In this document: piece after piece, positions 37,753 through 51,813 of the stretch
Position numbering within the stretch: position 1 is the first letter of the stretch
How the letters are laid out: every line of letters starts with the position of its first letter
Made by a program: the position numbers and the translations under genes
The notes under the pieces: generated by a model
Databases searched by the model: none
Told to the model about the DNA's origin: nothing
The model's input: only the letters and a program-made list of their open reading frames with translations
Assembly (NCBI RefSeq): GCF_006345805.1
Contig: NC_043002.1
Coordinates: 28,334,001-28,398,000 of the forward strand
DNA from: Octopus sinensis
Taxonomy: Eukaryota
Direction of reading: 5' to 3'
Length of the DNA: 64,000 nucleotides

Positions 37753-38433
37753 ATACTCCACGTTGGCTTATTTATTCCAATGATGTACTAAGAAAAATGA
37801 ATGTCGTGAAATCTCTTTCCCTTCTATTATAAAATTGTAAGAGCTCCAATTTTTATATTCTATCTTTGTTGGCCCTGGCATTACCAACTGGTTAAGAGGC
37901 TTCCTCCCCATTAGTGTAGTTCTGCGTTCGATGACACTGGGTGGTACTTTGGGTGAGTGTTTTCTCCCATAGCTTAGGCTGGTAGAACACTCCTGTGAGT
38001 GAAACTGCTTACGTGGAAATGTACTCCTTGTTTAGTAGTGGATTTCATCAGTTGCCCAGTACACTACAACCATTAGGATTTCGTACCTGGACTGCAGTGA
38101 ACGTTATGCTTTCTTCCCACCAATCTCGGAAGCTCTACAATAGACTATAGACGCCACATATCATCCTCTGACAAACATCATACATGAAAAACTGTAAAAC
38201 TAAAATTCATCATCTCATACAATTAACCCTAATATCATAGATTCAACTAGTTAGCCATAAATGGCTCAATAACCATACTGACGTTCAGAAAAAGAGTAGG
38301 ACATCCATCTGTTTCGCAAGTACCCTACTTTATATTCACTGACCCTCACTAATATAGTAACAGCGAAACTAACAAATACGGTGGTGGTGGTGGTGGTGGT
38401 GGTGGAGGTGGTGGAGGAGGAAGAGGCGGTAGC

Positions 38434-38476
<43 letters not shown>

Positions 38477-39609
38477 ATTTTTGTTGTTGTTGCCGTTGTG
38501 ACACTTAAAAACCTTCATTCTTCTCCCATTTTCCCCTTTAACTTATATGTTCTTGACAGCAATGGAAACAACAACAGAAAACGCAAAAGAAAGGGAAAAT
38601 GAAAAAAGAAAAGAAACAAACTAACAACAGAAATATAACCAAGTTGTAAAACCCCCACATTTTTTAAGAGAGGGCTGATATTTTCTTCAAGATATTACAA
38701 GTTTAAATACAGAAACTGAAGCAAATACAAAAACTCTCTTCAGTAAAAGCGGGTTCAATATATATAAGGGCGAAGGAGGAGTTGTTTTGTTGTTGGTATT
38801 TTGGTGGGGAAGATCTAGGGGAAGATTTTAAATAAAAATTTGAGTGAAACAGTTTAAGTGAAGACTCGTAACTTTGGGGTTAGAAAGATACACAAAGAAA
38901 TATAAGAAAATTAGAAGGCAACTTAGAAACGACGCATAAACGTTTTCACGGTTTCAACTCTCACAATCGGCAATTTTAAAAAAAAAAAAGGTAAGGACGG
39001 GAGAGATAAAGAAAAAGAATAGGTAACAGAAAATAGAAAAGAATGAAAGGAAAAAATAGGAATGATAAAAAAGGATGAAAGAAAAGCAATAGCAAAAATA
39101 TCAAAATAAATTAAAGGAGTGAAAAAAGATGTAGTGGGGTTTGAAAAGGTAGACAAATACACACACAGACCTGAACATATATACTTTAAAGACACACATA
39201 CAATATTACATGCATACATATACAGTATACGCATATAAGTATACAAGGACATGCATATACATACACAGACAAAGAAAAACACACATGCCTACGCAAGTAC
39301 AAGAGGCGTATCATATACACATATACATATATGAATGTATGTATGTGTGTACATACCTATATATATATATATATACATACATATAAATATATATACACAT
39401 ATACACACATATATATATATATATAAGTATATATATATATATATATATATATACATTAACATGTATACGCCCAGACACACAAATGTTTACACACATACAA
39501 ACACAATCACACAAACATACATATGCACACGTACATAAATAGATAGACACATACATGCACGCACCAGATTCTGACATGCAGCCATACAGAGACACTCACA
39601 AATACACAC

Positions 39610-39668
<59 letters not shown>

Positions 39669-39902
39669 TAGTGTGTGTGCATGTATATACCCTACCCATG
39701 ACACGAAAATAACATATCTCATGCCACAAGGTATGAAATCATGTTAACAAAAGAATGATCAAAGCGATTAAAGGCAAGATAAACATATTTCTTTCTTTCT
39801 CTTTCAAAGAACCGTCTTGTTTTTATTCTGTTCGTTGTTTTTTTTATGTCTTTCTCTTCTCACCTTTCTCTTTTTCTGCCAGATATTGATTCCAGTTTAT
39901 GA

Positions 39903-39947
<45 letters not shown>

Positions 39948-40065
39948 GTAATAATAAAGAATGATGTGATAATCACAACAAAAATCACAATATTATTGAT
40001 AAAAATAATATACAAATATAGTATTATGTAAACAAACAAAAGGATACACACACAACACACACACG

Positions 40066-40098
<33 letters not shown>

Positions 40099-40203
40099 GT
40101 ATATATACATATATACATGTTACGTAATATTTACATTTCTATACATGTATATATATACCTATATATATTTGAATTTATATATCAATCACATATATGTGTG
40201 TGT

Positions 40204-40240
<37 letters not shown>

Positions 40241-40262
40241 CATACATAGTATATATATATAT

Positions 40263-40295
<33 letters not shown>

Positions 40296-40506
40296 AGTCA
40301 CCTCATTTGGCATGCTGAAACTTACGTACAAGCGGTCATACACGCACACGCACATACACCCCCCAACATAAATATATATATATATATATAATATATATAT
40401 ATATATAGATATATATATATACTATATATATATATAATATCATACTGAACATTTTCTGGTGCATTCTGAAAGAACAACTTTGATAAAGCTGTTACAAATG
40501 TCGATA

Positions 40507-40580
<74 letters not shown>

Positions 40581-42080
40581 GATGATGATGATTGGGGGGT
40601 TGTTATGATAGCAGTTATGATGGCGATGATAACGATGATCATGATGATCACGACAGTGTACATATACAATTATCGTTACGTTGTAGTCTTGGTTGCTGTT
40701 TGTAGTATTTTTGTAGTTGTCTTTGGTAGTAATAGCAGTAGTGATACTGCTGGCGGTGCCGTCGCTGAAAATTGTTGTTGATTTTGTTGTCGTTGTTGTT
40801 TTTGTTGTTGTGGTGGTGGTGGTGGTATAGGTGATAGTTGTATTGGTGGTAGTGATTGCGACGGTAGTGTTGGTAAAACGGTTGAAGATGCAGATGTTGG
40901 ATATGACGAAAATGATGGAAGATTTTCAGAAGATTCCTTTAAAAATAAAATAAAACCACAAAAACATTTTTTTTTTCAAAACAAAAAAATGTTCTAGAAA
41001 AAAGTTTAACAAAATGTTGAAAAGGTAAGAAAAATATAGTAAAATTAATAGATAAAAAAATTGAAAGAGAAATTTCAAAAGTGAAAAATATCAGAAAAAT
41101 AGAAGTTAGCAACGATGGAATCAACTTTAGTGGAAAAGTAAATAAGATCTTATAAGAAATTTGTCAACAAAAATGTACCCAAGGGGCTAGATATGTATTC
41201 TATGGTGATGATTGTATTAGTGGTAGTTGTGGAGGTTTTGGTGATGTTGCCGGCCATGATGATGGCGGTAGTGGTGGTGGAGCTGATAATTATTGTATTG
41301 ATGATAGGAATGGTGTTAGCGGTGGCAACGACTTCATGGTAGTGATGGTGGTGAAGACCCAGAAGTAAGAATGAATGTTTAAAAGTTGATATATTTTAAC
41401 TGAACAAAAGAGATATATAACTGTAAAAGTTGGGCGAGTGTGTAAAACCTAACTGTAAAGTATTTCATTTGTGTCAAAGAAGTACGTTAATCGTTTGAAA
41501 GTTTATATCCGACATAACTAGGGAACTAATTAATTATGTTTAAGTGTGTTAAAGAGGTGCGTGAAATGTATATTGTTAAATATATAATTATATTAACCTG
41601 AACTAAGACCTTAACAAGTTTGATGTGTTGTTTGGCTAATTTACAGTGGTGTGTATCTCAAAGATAGAACATTTGTCTCTAAGAATATAACTATACAAAC
41701 CACGCATCTTAAGTACCTGCATAAACAGGTAGTTAAAAGTTTTGTTTATGAGAGATTTAGTTGCCATCTCTATTATGTTGATCGACTTGGTTTTAAGCAG
41801 ATATGTAACAGCGGTAAATGTGATATATTTACTGCCACTACGAAATGCTTCTCATTAGGACTGAAGGTGTAGGTAAAACTGGGCAATGGGTATTCACTTG
41901 TGTCACATTCAGCGCAATAACAAAAATTAATTCCCCTTTCAAGCCTCTCTCTTGTAACGGTGCAAAACTTAAGTAATGTGTTTAAATCCAAAAGGTATTG
42001 TAAATGAGGAGCAGCAGCCAATTTAAATTTGCAAATATATTTGACAGTCATACAAATGTAGATAGATAGATTGATAGATT

Positions 42081-42134
<54 letters not shown>

Positions 42135-42147
42135 TATGGATGGATGG

Positions 42148-42221
<74 letters not shown>

Positions 42222-42799
42222 TGTGTGTGTATGCATGTATATATACAAACAAACTGATTGTCAATGCCGGTCAGAGAGTGATCATAAGTTCCGTACCTAT
42301 AAAGCGCCTAGCCGAATAGGCGACTCGTCAGATTCAAATGGCCGAAGGCACATAACCTCTCCACAACTGGAGGGAAGATGTCATGATCAATTAATTTTGT
42401 GAGCAAAAAATACGTCCGGAGAAGCTGTGCAAGTGGTGGCAGCAGGCGGGATGGTGTTATCGCCCTTATATCGGTTCCGACTGTAGTGATTTACGAAGAA
42501 GTTGTCACGGTTTTTTTCAACGAAGGAGGAATTCCAAGTTTGTCGCGGGAAAACTCCTTAGATGAGGGCATTGACTAAATACTTCTTTCTCTGTGTCAAG
42601 TGAGTTTTTGGGGATCCTTGCTCTCTCAGCCATATATATACGTAAATATATATATAGAGAGAGAGGGGGAGGGAGAGAGAGAGGGGAGAAAGAGAGAGAG
42701 ACATATATATATATGTAGGTTACACGCGAAAACGAAGTACCCTCATCACGTGTCGTCAAAGTTAAATATTAGCAGTTCAATGTACAACAGGATTATTAA

Positions 42800-43620
42800 T
42801 AGCACTACGGTTGCTAACATCATATCTGATCGTTAGAATAATAAGTGGTGTGAAAAGTACGGGAAGATTATCATGAAATGTTGTACGAAGTTCGTTTCAA
42901 CACGTGACGAAACTCGTCATTAGACGACGGCTAGGTATTACAGCAACTGCTGGGCAACCAGTGGATTGGAGGAAAACTCAGGTAGAATTGTGTTGATGAT
43001 GGTAAATTGAGATAACAGCGTCCTTTTATCCATCTATATCAAAATTCCTCCTCTTATACGTCATGAACCTCTGGGGTGGATTCACTAGGAACAACAAACT
43101 TTATATTAGAATCTCGGATCACCACAAAATCACTCTTATAACTTGATTACTTGTACTGAGCCAACGAAGTAACCCGTTGTTCGACATATCTCTTCGTGGA
43201 GCTGAGGTAATGTATCTCATTGATTATTTATCCTGAACAACTTCTAGAAGTGCACATCGCTTAGAGTTGTGATTTGTACAGAAATAACGGCCTCGCAATT
43301 TTCCGTAACATGAATGGTCATGCCAGGAATAGATTTTCAGTTAGTTTTAATTCAACTATCATCACCAATTTAACCACAATCAGCCTTACGGCGAATACTT
43401 AAAACCCCAAGACAAGCAAGGATTATCCATAAGAAGGCCTAATGAGGAATTCCAATCTATTCCAACTATAATTAGAAAATTAGTGGCCGAAATTAGTTGA
43501 AGACTATCCAGCTTCTCCTCATAGACTTGTTCGACGGAATTTCTCCAATGAACAATCACTCATACATTTTCGAAGAGATGTATAAAAAGTCACCTAATTA
43601 CTGATTCCAATTGGTCATTC
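42800..43620 (+). pseudogene. Penelope-like element RT relic (Naiad-type motifs)
   Basis: Manual translation ASFYPSISKFLL (~43020), PLFDISLRGAEVMYLI, DLYRNNGLAIF (43271; cf. GLYRDDGLA), RLSSFS. Confidence 0.6.
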
Positions 43621-43759
43621 GAACTGGCTAATAGGAACGAGCCTTAAAGATAATCATCCTAATTTGTCTACCCCATACTTACCAAACAATCAAACGTGCT
43701 CTCTTGCATCATTCAAATTACTATTGTACATCTAAGTCGATCATTATCTTTCAAGACAG

Positions 43760-43920
43760 TAAGGCGGCGAGCTGGCAGAATTATTAACATGCCGGGAAAA
43801 TGCTTAGTGGCATTTCGTCTTCTGAGTTCAAATTCCGCCAGAGTCAACTTTGCCTATCATCCTTTCGGAGTCGATAAAATAAGTACCAGTTGAGCATTGG
43901 GGTCGATGTAATCGGCTTAT
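43760..43920 (+). mobile_element. SINE family A
   Basis: AAGGCGGCGAGCTGGCAG...GAGTTCAAATTCCGCC...AAGTACCAGTTGAGCATTGGGGTCGATG. Confidence 0.85.
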
Positions 43921-45038
43921 TCCATCCCCTGAAATTACTGATAGTTTTAAGCCACTATCTTTCAAGGCTGTTATTTGATAACTTATATTCCTTATGGATC
44001 AAACGACAACGCGTTAGCATTTCACGAATCGTCGTCCGACCAAGTAGTGAAAACGATATAGTTTGTAAAGACAGGAAGGTCATGACTGGAAAGATTTTTC
44101 GTTCATTTTACTCAATCAGAGCTAACTTGGTGCAAAACAACAACTAACAACTATGTGAACTGGGAAAATATGTTACGTAACTGTGTTCTTTGGTAGCTCC
44201 AACTCATCAAAGAATAGCAAGTAATTAGAGACAAAAGAAAGTTTACGAAGTATTCAATATGATTTCATCCTTGCTTCATAATGGATTGCAGATCGTGGGG
44301 TAAGGGCGTCTGTTTTCATCAAGATAATTGATAGAGTGATAATTAATTAGATAACAACTGGAGGCAACAATTATAGCAATAATTCATTGGAATAATTCAT
44401 AATTGAACACTATTTCTTGTTCCATTATTTAGATTTATGTTCACACACAGAGACACTTACAGGTACAAACAAGCACAAACACACAAACACACACAAGCAT
44501 ACACGAGCACACACAACACAAACACATATGTGTATACACATACTTTATGTACATGTATGTGTGTACGAATATTTATACCCCCCCCCAACACACACAGATC
44601 TATATAAGTATGTGCGTGTATGTATATATATATATATGCGTAGATGTGTTTGTGCGGTTAAGGTAATCACTTTGCAACCACGTGCTTTTAGGGTCGGTCG
44701 AACTGCATTACCTCTTAGACTGTGCAACTGTGAGTGAATCTGGTTCACAATGATTCAGTGGAAGACCATTTCATTCATACATATATGCATACATGCATGC
44801 ATGCATGCATGCATACATACATACATACATACATACATACATACATACATACATACATACATACATACATACATACATACATAATACATACAACATACAT
44901 ACATACATACATACATACATACATACATACATACATACATACATACATACATACATACATACATACATACATACATACATACGTACGTACGTACGTACGT
45001 ACGTACGTACGTACGTACGTACGTGTATATGTTTCTTA

Positions 45039-45269
45039 TTTCTTTACTGCCCACAAGGGTCTACACACAGAGAGGACAAACAAGTTTAGACAAACGGATT
45101 AAGTTAATTATATCGACCCCAGTGCGTAACTGGTACTTATTTAATCAACCCCGAAAGGATGAAAGGCAAAGTCGACTTCAGCGGAAATTGAACTCAGAAC
45201 GTAGCGGCAGATGAAATACCCCTGAGCATTTCGTCCGGTGTGCTAACGTTTCTGCCAGCTCGCTGCCTT
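45039..45269 (-). mobile_element. SINE family A, full length
   Basis: Colinear with 686-915. Confidence 0.85.
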
Positions 45270-45652
45270 AAGCACGTGTATATATGTTTCTGTGTGTCTA
45301 TTTTAATATTTTGATCACTTGAAAAACGGTGCATTCCTTTATGCTTCGTAACTTAGCAACTCGAAAAATAAGAAACAAAAAAGTTGCAAACAATCTACTG
45401 TTAAATAACCAACACTGTTTTTTGTATATTTTCATGTGTAGTGGCAGACTTTGATGCCTGAATATTTTATTGTCGCATAACATGAATTAAATATATATTA
45501 CTAATAATTCCACACATAAGTTTTCAAGTTATATATATTTATATATATATATATATATAAAATATTATTCGAGACAAAACCACTATTTTGCAAAACAAAC
45601 AAGGAAAGACTTAATTAATACATAAAATTTTAATAAATAGTCAAAAAAACCG

Positions 45653-45695
45653 CCACTACAATCGTTTCTTGTCTTGATCGACAATCTTCAGGTGG
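45653..45695 (-). ncRNA. Minimal type I hammerhead ribozyme (mirror copy)
   Basis: Exact reverse complement of 45750-45792. Confidence 0.8.
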
Positions 45696-45749
45696 ACTTC
45701 CAATAATTCAGTGTCAAATTATGAAGTTTGACACTGAATTATTGGAAGT

Positions 45750-45792
45750 CCACCTGAAGATTGTCGATCAAGACAAGAAACGATTGTAGTGG
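45750..45792 (+). ncRNA. Minimal type I hammerhead ribozyme
   Basis: CCAC-CTGAAGA-TTGTC(GATCAA)GACAA-GAAA-C(GATT)G-TA^GTGG. Stem I CCAC/GTGG, 5-bp stem II, 1-bp stem III plus tetraloop, GUA cleavage triplet. Confidence 0.8.
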
Positions 45793-46498
45793 CGGTTTTT
45801 TTGACTATTTATTAAAATTTTATGTATTAATTAAGTCTTTCCTTGTTTGTTTTGCAAAATAGTGGTTTTGTCTCGAATAATATTTTATAATATTTTAATA
45901 TAAAATCGATTTAATCCTAAATCTGATTTTTTCCCTGTAAATTTGGATTTATTCCCTAATATTCATTATTATTATATATATATATATATAAAATATTAGT
46001 TGTACAGAAAAATAAAATGAAAGAGAAGCGACCAGTGATACATTCATCCACAATCTAGCCAGTTTCTGTAATATTTAAAATGTTTTTCACTGGAGTCGGC
46101 CATTCAAATGCCGTATTTTTACTTGGTAAGTATGAAAATAACATGGTTTGTGCCCTAGAATATACTGCCACGTAGCCAGGTCCCGTTTATGAACATCAGC
46201 CGAAGACGTTTATGATCTAAAACTTTTAATTCATGATTCAGAAGACGGTTCAAAGTTTCCTGTAACTAATCTGAAATAGAAGTTTACTATATCCTATTAT
46301 GAGGAAGAAAGATTTTGATATATGTCAGAATATGTGGATAAGTGATAGAGCTACTTCATATAGTAAAACAGAGGTTATTTATATTCGTACTAAGGAACAA
46401 CCCCCCTCTCCTGTGTGACCCCTCTGTCCGGCATTCGCCATGATAAATTGCTAGCCACTAAACCTTTTATATTTTCTCTCTCTGTCTATTTGTGTGCT

Positions 46499-46620
46499 CC
46501 TTTCTGTCGAAGAGCGTAGGCTCGAAACGTAAAAGAGTTTCTCACTTCCTGAAGGTTAAACTAATACATATATTTGTTGTTTACACACCCGTCTTCGCCT
46601 TTTGCGAATTCTCACTATAT
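46499..46620 (+). ncRNA. Ultra-minimal hammerhead-like motif in a PLE-type terminus
   Basis: TTT-CTGTCGA-A-GAGC(GTAG)GCTC-GAAACGTA^AAAG. Core is CUGUCGA rather than CUGANGA. The downstream tail matches the 31645 arm and runs into (TA)n. Confidence 0.45.
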
Positions 46621-46666
46621 ATACATATATATATATACAAGTATATAAGTATATATATATATATTA

Positions 46667-46727
<61 letters not shown>

Positions 46728-46941
46728 CCGTCTAATGACGTAATGTAATAAATATATACGATAGGTACTCGGATTGGTTTACCACTAAAACTCCGACTTG
46801 AACAGCAACTGAAACAAAAGTAGTGTTGTAGCCTTTTAGCAAGGAATGGCTATAAGTGGTTCACCGGTGAGTGGGTAGATATATATCAGAAAGAAAGAAT
46901 CAACAAGCAAAACATATGGCATCACCTTAGAGCATATAAAT

Positions 46942-47414
46942 AATAATACATAAACTCTCATACAGCTGTTTCTAGAATAGCTGAGCATGTGGAGCATTGG
47001 TCATTGTGCGAACTTTTCCATATATAAAAACTATACCATCTTCAGAGAAGAAGAAATAAAGAATATCCTTAATAAAGGATTTTAGTATTTACCTGTTCCA
47101 TCGTTCTTGAAGTAGAGAATATCCTTTGTAAAAGATAGCAGTCACACGTTCTTTCACCGACGATGGAATTAGTAACAGCCCTTATCTTTTACTAAAGATA
47201 TTCCTAATTTGTTGTCGATAGAATTGGTTACTATTATATCTTTTACTAAGAATATTCCTTAATGGAAACTAATAATATCCATTATTCAGGATATTCTTTA
47301 ATTCTTCTTTTATGTAGACGGAATAGTTGTCCAATATGGGAATCTTTGCCAATGACGTATGTACCATATGGACAGCTATTCTAGAAACGGCTGTAAGAGA
47401 CTTTATGCATTATT
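46942..47414. repeat. Old imperfect inverted repeat element
   Basis: AATAATACATAAACTCTCATACAGCTGTTTCTAGAATAGCTG versus CAGCTATTCTAGAAACGGCTGTAAGAGACTTTATGCATTATT. Confidence 0.75.
46957..47049 (-). ncRNA. Hammerhead motif in the left arm of the 46942 inverted repeat
   Basis: TTCT-CTGAAGA-TGGTATAG...CTATTCTA-GAAA-CAGCTG-TA^TGAG. Intact core, imperfect stem I. The mirror at 47308-47399 has a decayed core but a better stem I. Confidence 0.5.
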
Positions 47415-47744
47415 TCTTAATCCCTTATTTACTCTAACAACTCTGCAATAATGTTTGAATTATAAATCACAAGCACTAAGGAGATACCACATGTTTTGCT
47501 GAATCATTCTTTCTTTCTAACACCCCCCACACATATATATATATATATTTGTGTGTGTGTATGTGTGTGTGTGTATGTGTGTGTGTGTGTGTGTGACAAG
47601 AGAGAATGAGAAATTTCATTAAAACTTAATGACTTCACAAAACGTTACACCCACTTTCATGCAAGCGACAGATCATCAGACATAAGCAATATGTGTGTGT
47701 GTGTGTGTGCGTGTATGTGTGTGTGTGTGTGTGCATATGCATGT

Positions 47745-47915
47745 ATTTGTGTGTCTGTGTTTGTCCCCGCCATCGCTTGACAACCGGTCTTGGTGTGTTT
47801 ACCTCCTCGTAATCTAGCGTTTCAGCGAACAAGACTGATAGAATAAGTACTAGTCTTATAAATAATAAGTCTTGGGGTTGATTTGTTCGGGTAAATGCGG
47901 TGAAACAAGTACAAT
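47745..47915 (+). mobile_element. SINE family B 3' half, diverged
   Basis: GTGTTTGTCCCC...CGCTTGACAACCGG...GATAGAATAAGTACT. Confidence 0.7.
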
Positions 47916-48066
47916 AATTAAAATATATATATATTAATATGCATACATACATACTTGTTTACATACGTATATGAATATATGTAAACATTTAATTTGTGTG
48001 TGTATATACATAGATATGCGTGTGTGTGTCTGTGTGTATCATTCCTCTGTTTTATACACACACACA

Positions 48067-48105
<39 letters not shown>

Positions 48106-48149
48106 TTCATTACTTTCATCTTTCTCTTATCTCATTAATATTGATCACT

Positions 48150-48340
48150 TCTGTATTTCTGTTATTTTTGCTACGATCCTTTCAGAAATCGTTATCGGCA
48201 TACCCAGAATCTTTTGCTCAATAATTTTGTGTTTCTAATCTAATACATTATAGTAAACGTCATTTTTTCCCGAGGAATACTTCCACGCAACCATATTCCA
48301 TTTATTTCTTACTTTATATTTTTTATTCTTCCATTTTGAT
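48150..48340 (-). pseudogene. Possible highly degenerate REL fragment
   Basis: KILGMPITISERIVAKITEI versus TILWDMPIHTHREIKANRPDI. Abuts (ATT)n. Confidence 0.35.
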
Positions 48341-48374
48341 AAATCCTGTTCTATGTAAACTATTATTATTATTA

Positions 48375-48458
<84 letters not shown>

Positions 48459-48822
48459 TATTATTATTATTATTATTTATGCACACGTTTTTCTTATCCT
48501 TTTACTCCTCTTATCACCCAGTTTCTTGTAAGACCCGAACACCATGAGAAACCCGATCTGTAATACCCTTTTTCTTGACGTTCCAGTAGTAAACAAAATA
48601 AAGCTGTTGTTTTTGTTCCAGTTGATGTTATTAATATCATAATTAATTTTCATCATCATTATTGTTTTACATTCTTTCTAGTTATTAGGTGATAAATATA
48701 AAATAAAAAAAAAACATATGAAAATGTCGACCTCATTACCTTTAACAATAATGATAATGAATTTCAAGCGTGGTTGGTGTATGTGTGAGACAATAATAAT
48801 GATAATAATAAAGATGATGATG

Positions 48823-48883
<61 letters not shown>

Positions 48884-48915
48884 TGATGATGATGATGATG
48901 ATGATGATCATGATC

Positions 48916-48967
<52 letters not shown>

Positions 48968-48984
48968 TAATAATAATAATAATA

Positions 48985-49685
48985 ACAAAAACATATAATG
49001 AAAAGAAATATAACAAGTAACTGCAGAATATGTGGAGATGGACAAGAAACAATAAATCATATTATCTCTAGCTGCCCAGTCCTGGCTAAGAAGGAATATA
49101 TTCACAGACATGATAGAGTTGGAATATATATACACTGGAAGCTATGCCAACATTATGGAATAACAACAGAAAAAAGATGGTATAGGCACACACCAGAAAA
49201 GGTCACAGAAAACGAGAAAGCAACAATACTCTGGGATATGCCGATACACACACATAGAGAAATTAAGGCCAACAGACCAGATATAGTTGTCAGAGATCAT
49301 GAAGAAAAAAAATGCTTTCTAATTGATGTATCAATACCGGCTGATGACAACGTGTCTCTAAAAGAAATGGAGAAACTCTCAAAATGCAAAGACCTGGAAA
49401 TAGACGTAACCAGAATGTGGAATCTAAAAACAGAAACAATTCCTATCATAGTAGGTGCATTAGGCATGATAAAAAAATGCTCAGACAAATACATAACAAA
49501 AACACCAGGACTTACAAACACATATAACATACAGAAAATTGCACTACTAGGCACTGCACACATCCTACGCAGAGCACTTTCCATACAATAACCATCAGAG
49601 CATCACAACAAATCACAGCACATACCAAAGGCACACAGAGCTGCGCTCGGTAGTGAAGTGAAAGCACGCTATAAAAATAAAACTA

Positions 49686-49690
<5 letters not shown>
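48985..49690 (+). mobile_element. R4/Dong-like retrotransposon, 5'-truncated: CCHC knuckle, REL endonuclease and 3' UTR
   Basis: Uninterrupted ORF 48998-49591: CRICGDGQETINHIISSC, RHD, RPDIV...FLIDVS, K..K.KDL, LLGTAHILRR. (AAT)n on both sides. Confidence 0.92.
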
Positions 49691-49759
<69 letters not shown>

Positions 49760-50404
49760 CACCACTGACCACCTGCAACCCCTATTACTTTCCTTTACCG
49801 GCTGAAATCTCCTATCATAATCTACTTCACTGTCTCACATGTACCTGTTTCGCCATTTGCTCTCGCATTTCATTAAATTATGCTAGGGGGACAGCCTATA
49901 ACTCTACAACTTCATCTTAAGCTATTCCCATAATCTGGCTGAATATACACCCTACCTACAAGAGTCGCCTGGTGTTTCTGGTCGAGGTTTTGATAAACTT
50001 GAGAGAGTTTTCACTGGTACTGAATGCTTCACCTCATTGATAGAGGCATTGATGCTGAGGAGAGGTGACGTACAGATCAACATCAAAACGGGTAGTGATG
50101 GTACTTTAGCAGCAATCAGTAGTGATCCTGTCCTATGTCCATTTGGTGTGTGTTTCAGGGGCCTACAGCTGTTATTTCTGCTTGTCTCTACTATTGATTG
50201 TTTCCAATTTTTTTTTTCATTTTACCTGTCACAGATAGGTATACGAGATGGATTTTGCCACCACATGTGTAGCACATAGGCTCTCCCACTTCGCCACAGC
50301 CTAACTGATTCAAAGAGGGGAACACTTGGGTCATTGTAATCGACTAGTCCCTTCCTCACAAATTTTCAGGCCTTGTCCCTATAGTAGAAATGATTATTAT
50401 CATT

Positions 50405-50965
50405 ATGTGAGAGAGCAGCATACGCCATCAAAGTGACTTTGGGATACAAATATACGAGGCTCAATATACTCACCATGACTGCACATCTGATAAAAGTACA
50501 CTAGCCACATGCATCACAGCCATATCGTTATCACATGGTGATCTCATAGCTAGGTAAACAATGCATGTCCTTCCTGATGGGGCCCAGTTAGAATTTTCTC
50601 CGGCTCGAGTGGCCCATCCTGCTCAAAAGATCCTTGAATAAGGGTTGTTTAAGGGTGATAAAGGAGACGACTTCCTTTCCAGAGGTGACTTATTCAAACC
50701 CCAAAGATTTCCTCTCAAAATATGACTATGATACTCCCCCACTACTTCTGTTCGTGATCAGAGATGCACATACCGTCAGACACTAAAAGACATACTCAAC
50801 TAGTTACGGTCAAGCAATTGACAAGCATATCTGTGGTATTGAGCGGAATATTTGCTGTAGCCCATCTTTTACACCATTACAAAGCATGTATATGTTAACA
50901 CAGCCAATCAGTAAAGATAAGGAGCTATGAGAGCCACAGCTTAGTATTGTATCACGGTATCATCA
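50405..50965 (-). mobile_element. Repeat family D, longest copy
   Basis: Homologous to 19895-20123 and 52262-52640. Confidence 0.75.
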
Positions 50966-50990
50966 TCATCATCATCATCATTATTTCATT

Positions 50991-51131
50991 GTGTCTGGAG
51001 AGAGTCATTCTGTTTTAATGCTTTACTAATTAACACATTCACCGGTTCAATTTCTACTCATTTACTTTTTTCTAAAATAAATTAATTGTTAATTAATAAA
51101 GCATTAAAACAGAATTACTCTCCCCAAACAC
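50991..51131. repeat. ~44-bp imperfect inverted repeat in a dispersed repeat family
   Basis: GTGTCTGGAGAGAGTCATTCTG...TAATTAAC versus GTTAATTA...CAGAATTACTCTCCCCAAACAC. A related uninverted copy lies at ~36955-37110. Confidence 0.7.
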
Positions 51132-51195
51132 AATAAAATATGCTTCAACACACGAATTTACACAAAGAATTTTGCAAACTGAATACAAAAATGAA

Positions 51196-51278
<83 letters not shown>

Positions 51279-51282
<4 letters not shown>

Positions 51283-51813
51283 TAGTATATTTTTATAGCG
51301 TGCTTTCACTTCACTACCGAGCGCAGCTCTGTGTGCCTTAGGTATGTGCTGTGATCTGTTGTGGTGCTCTGATGGTTACTGTATGGAACGTGCTCTGCGT
51401 AGGATGTGTGCAGTGCCTAGTAGTGCAATTTTCTGTATGTTATATGTGTTTGTAAGTCCTGGTGTTTTTGTTATGTATTTGTCTGAATATTTTTTTATCA
51501 TGCCTAATGCACCTACTATGATAGGAATTGTTTCTGTTTTCAGATTCCACATTCTGGTTACCTCTATTTCCAGGTCTTTGTATTTTGAGAGTTTCTCCAT
51601 TTCTTTTAGAGACACGTTGTCATCAGCCGGTATTGATACATCAATTAGAAAGCATTTTTTTCTTCATGATCTCTGACAACTATATCTGGTCTGTTGGCCT
51701 TAATTTCTCTATGTGTGTGTATCGGCATATCCCAGAGTATGGTTGCTTTCTCGTTTTCTGTGACCTTTTCTGGTGTGTGCCTATACCATCTTTTTTCTGT
51801 TGTTATTCCATAA

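Larger units (their letters stand above)
45556..45889. repeat. Perfect palindrome, 163-bp arms, 8-nt spacer
   Basis: 45556-45718 and 45727-45889 are exact reverse complements by manual check. A truncated relative of the outer arm lies at ~29334-29405. Confidence 0.9.

Noticed and set aside
41773-42060. Non-repetitive ORF part with FCYCAEC
   Set aside because: No recognisable domain, and it is fused to microsatellite-derived frames.
42280-42335. Minus-strand CTGACGA...GGAAC hammerhead candidate
   Set aside because: It needs several substitutions and an extra base; not distinguishable from chance.
50740-50790. CTGACG...GAAG in repeat D as a hammerhead
   Set aside because: No GAAA, no NUH site and no convincing stem I.
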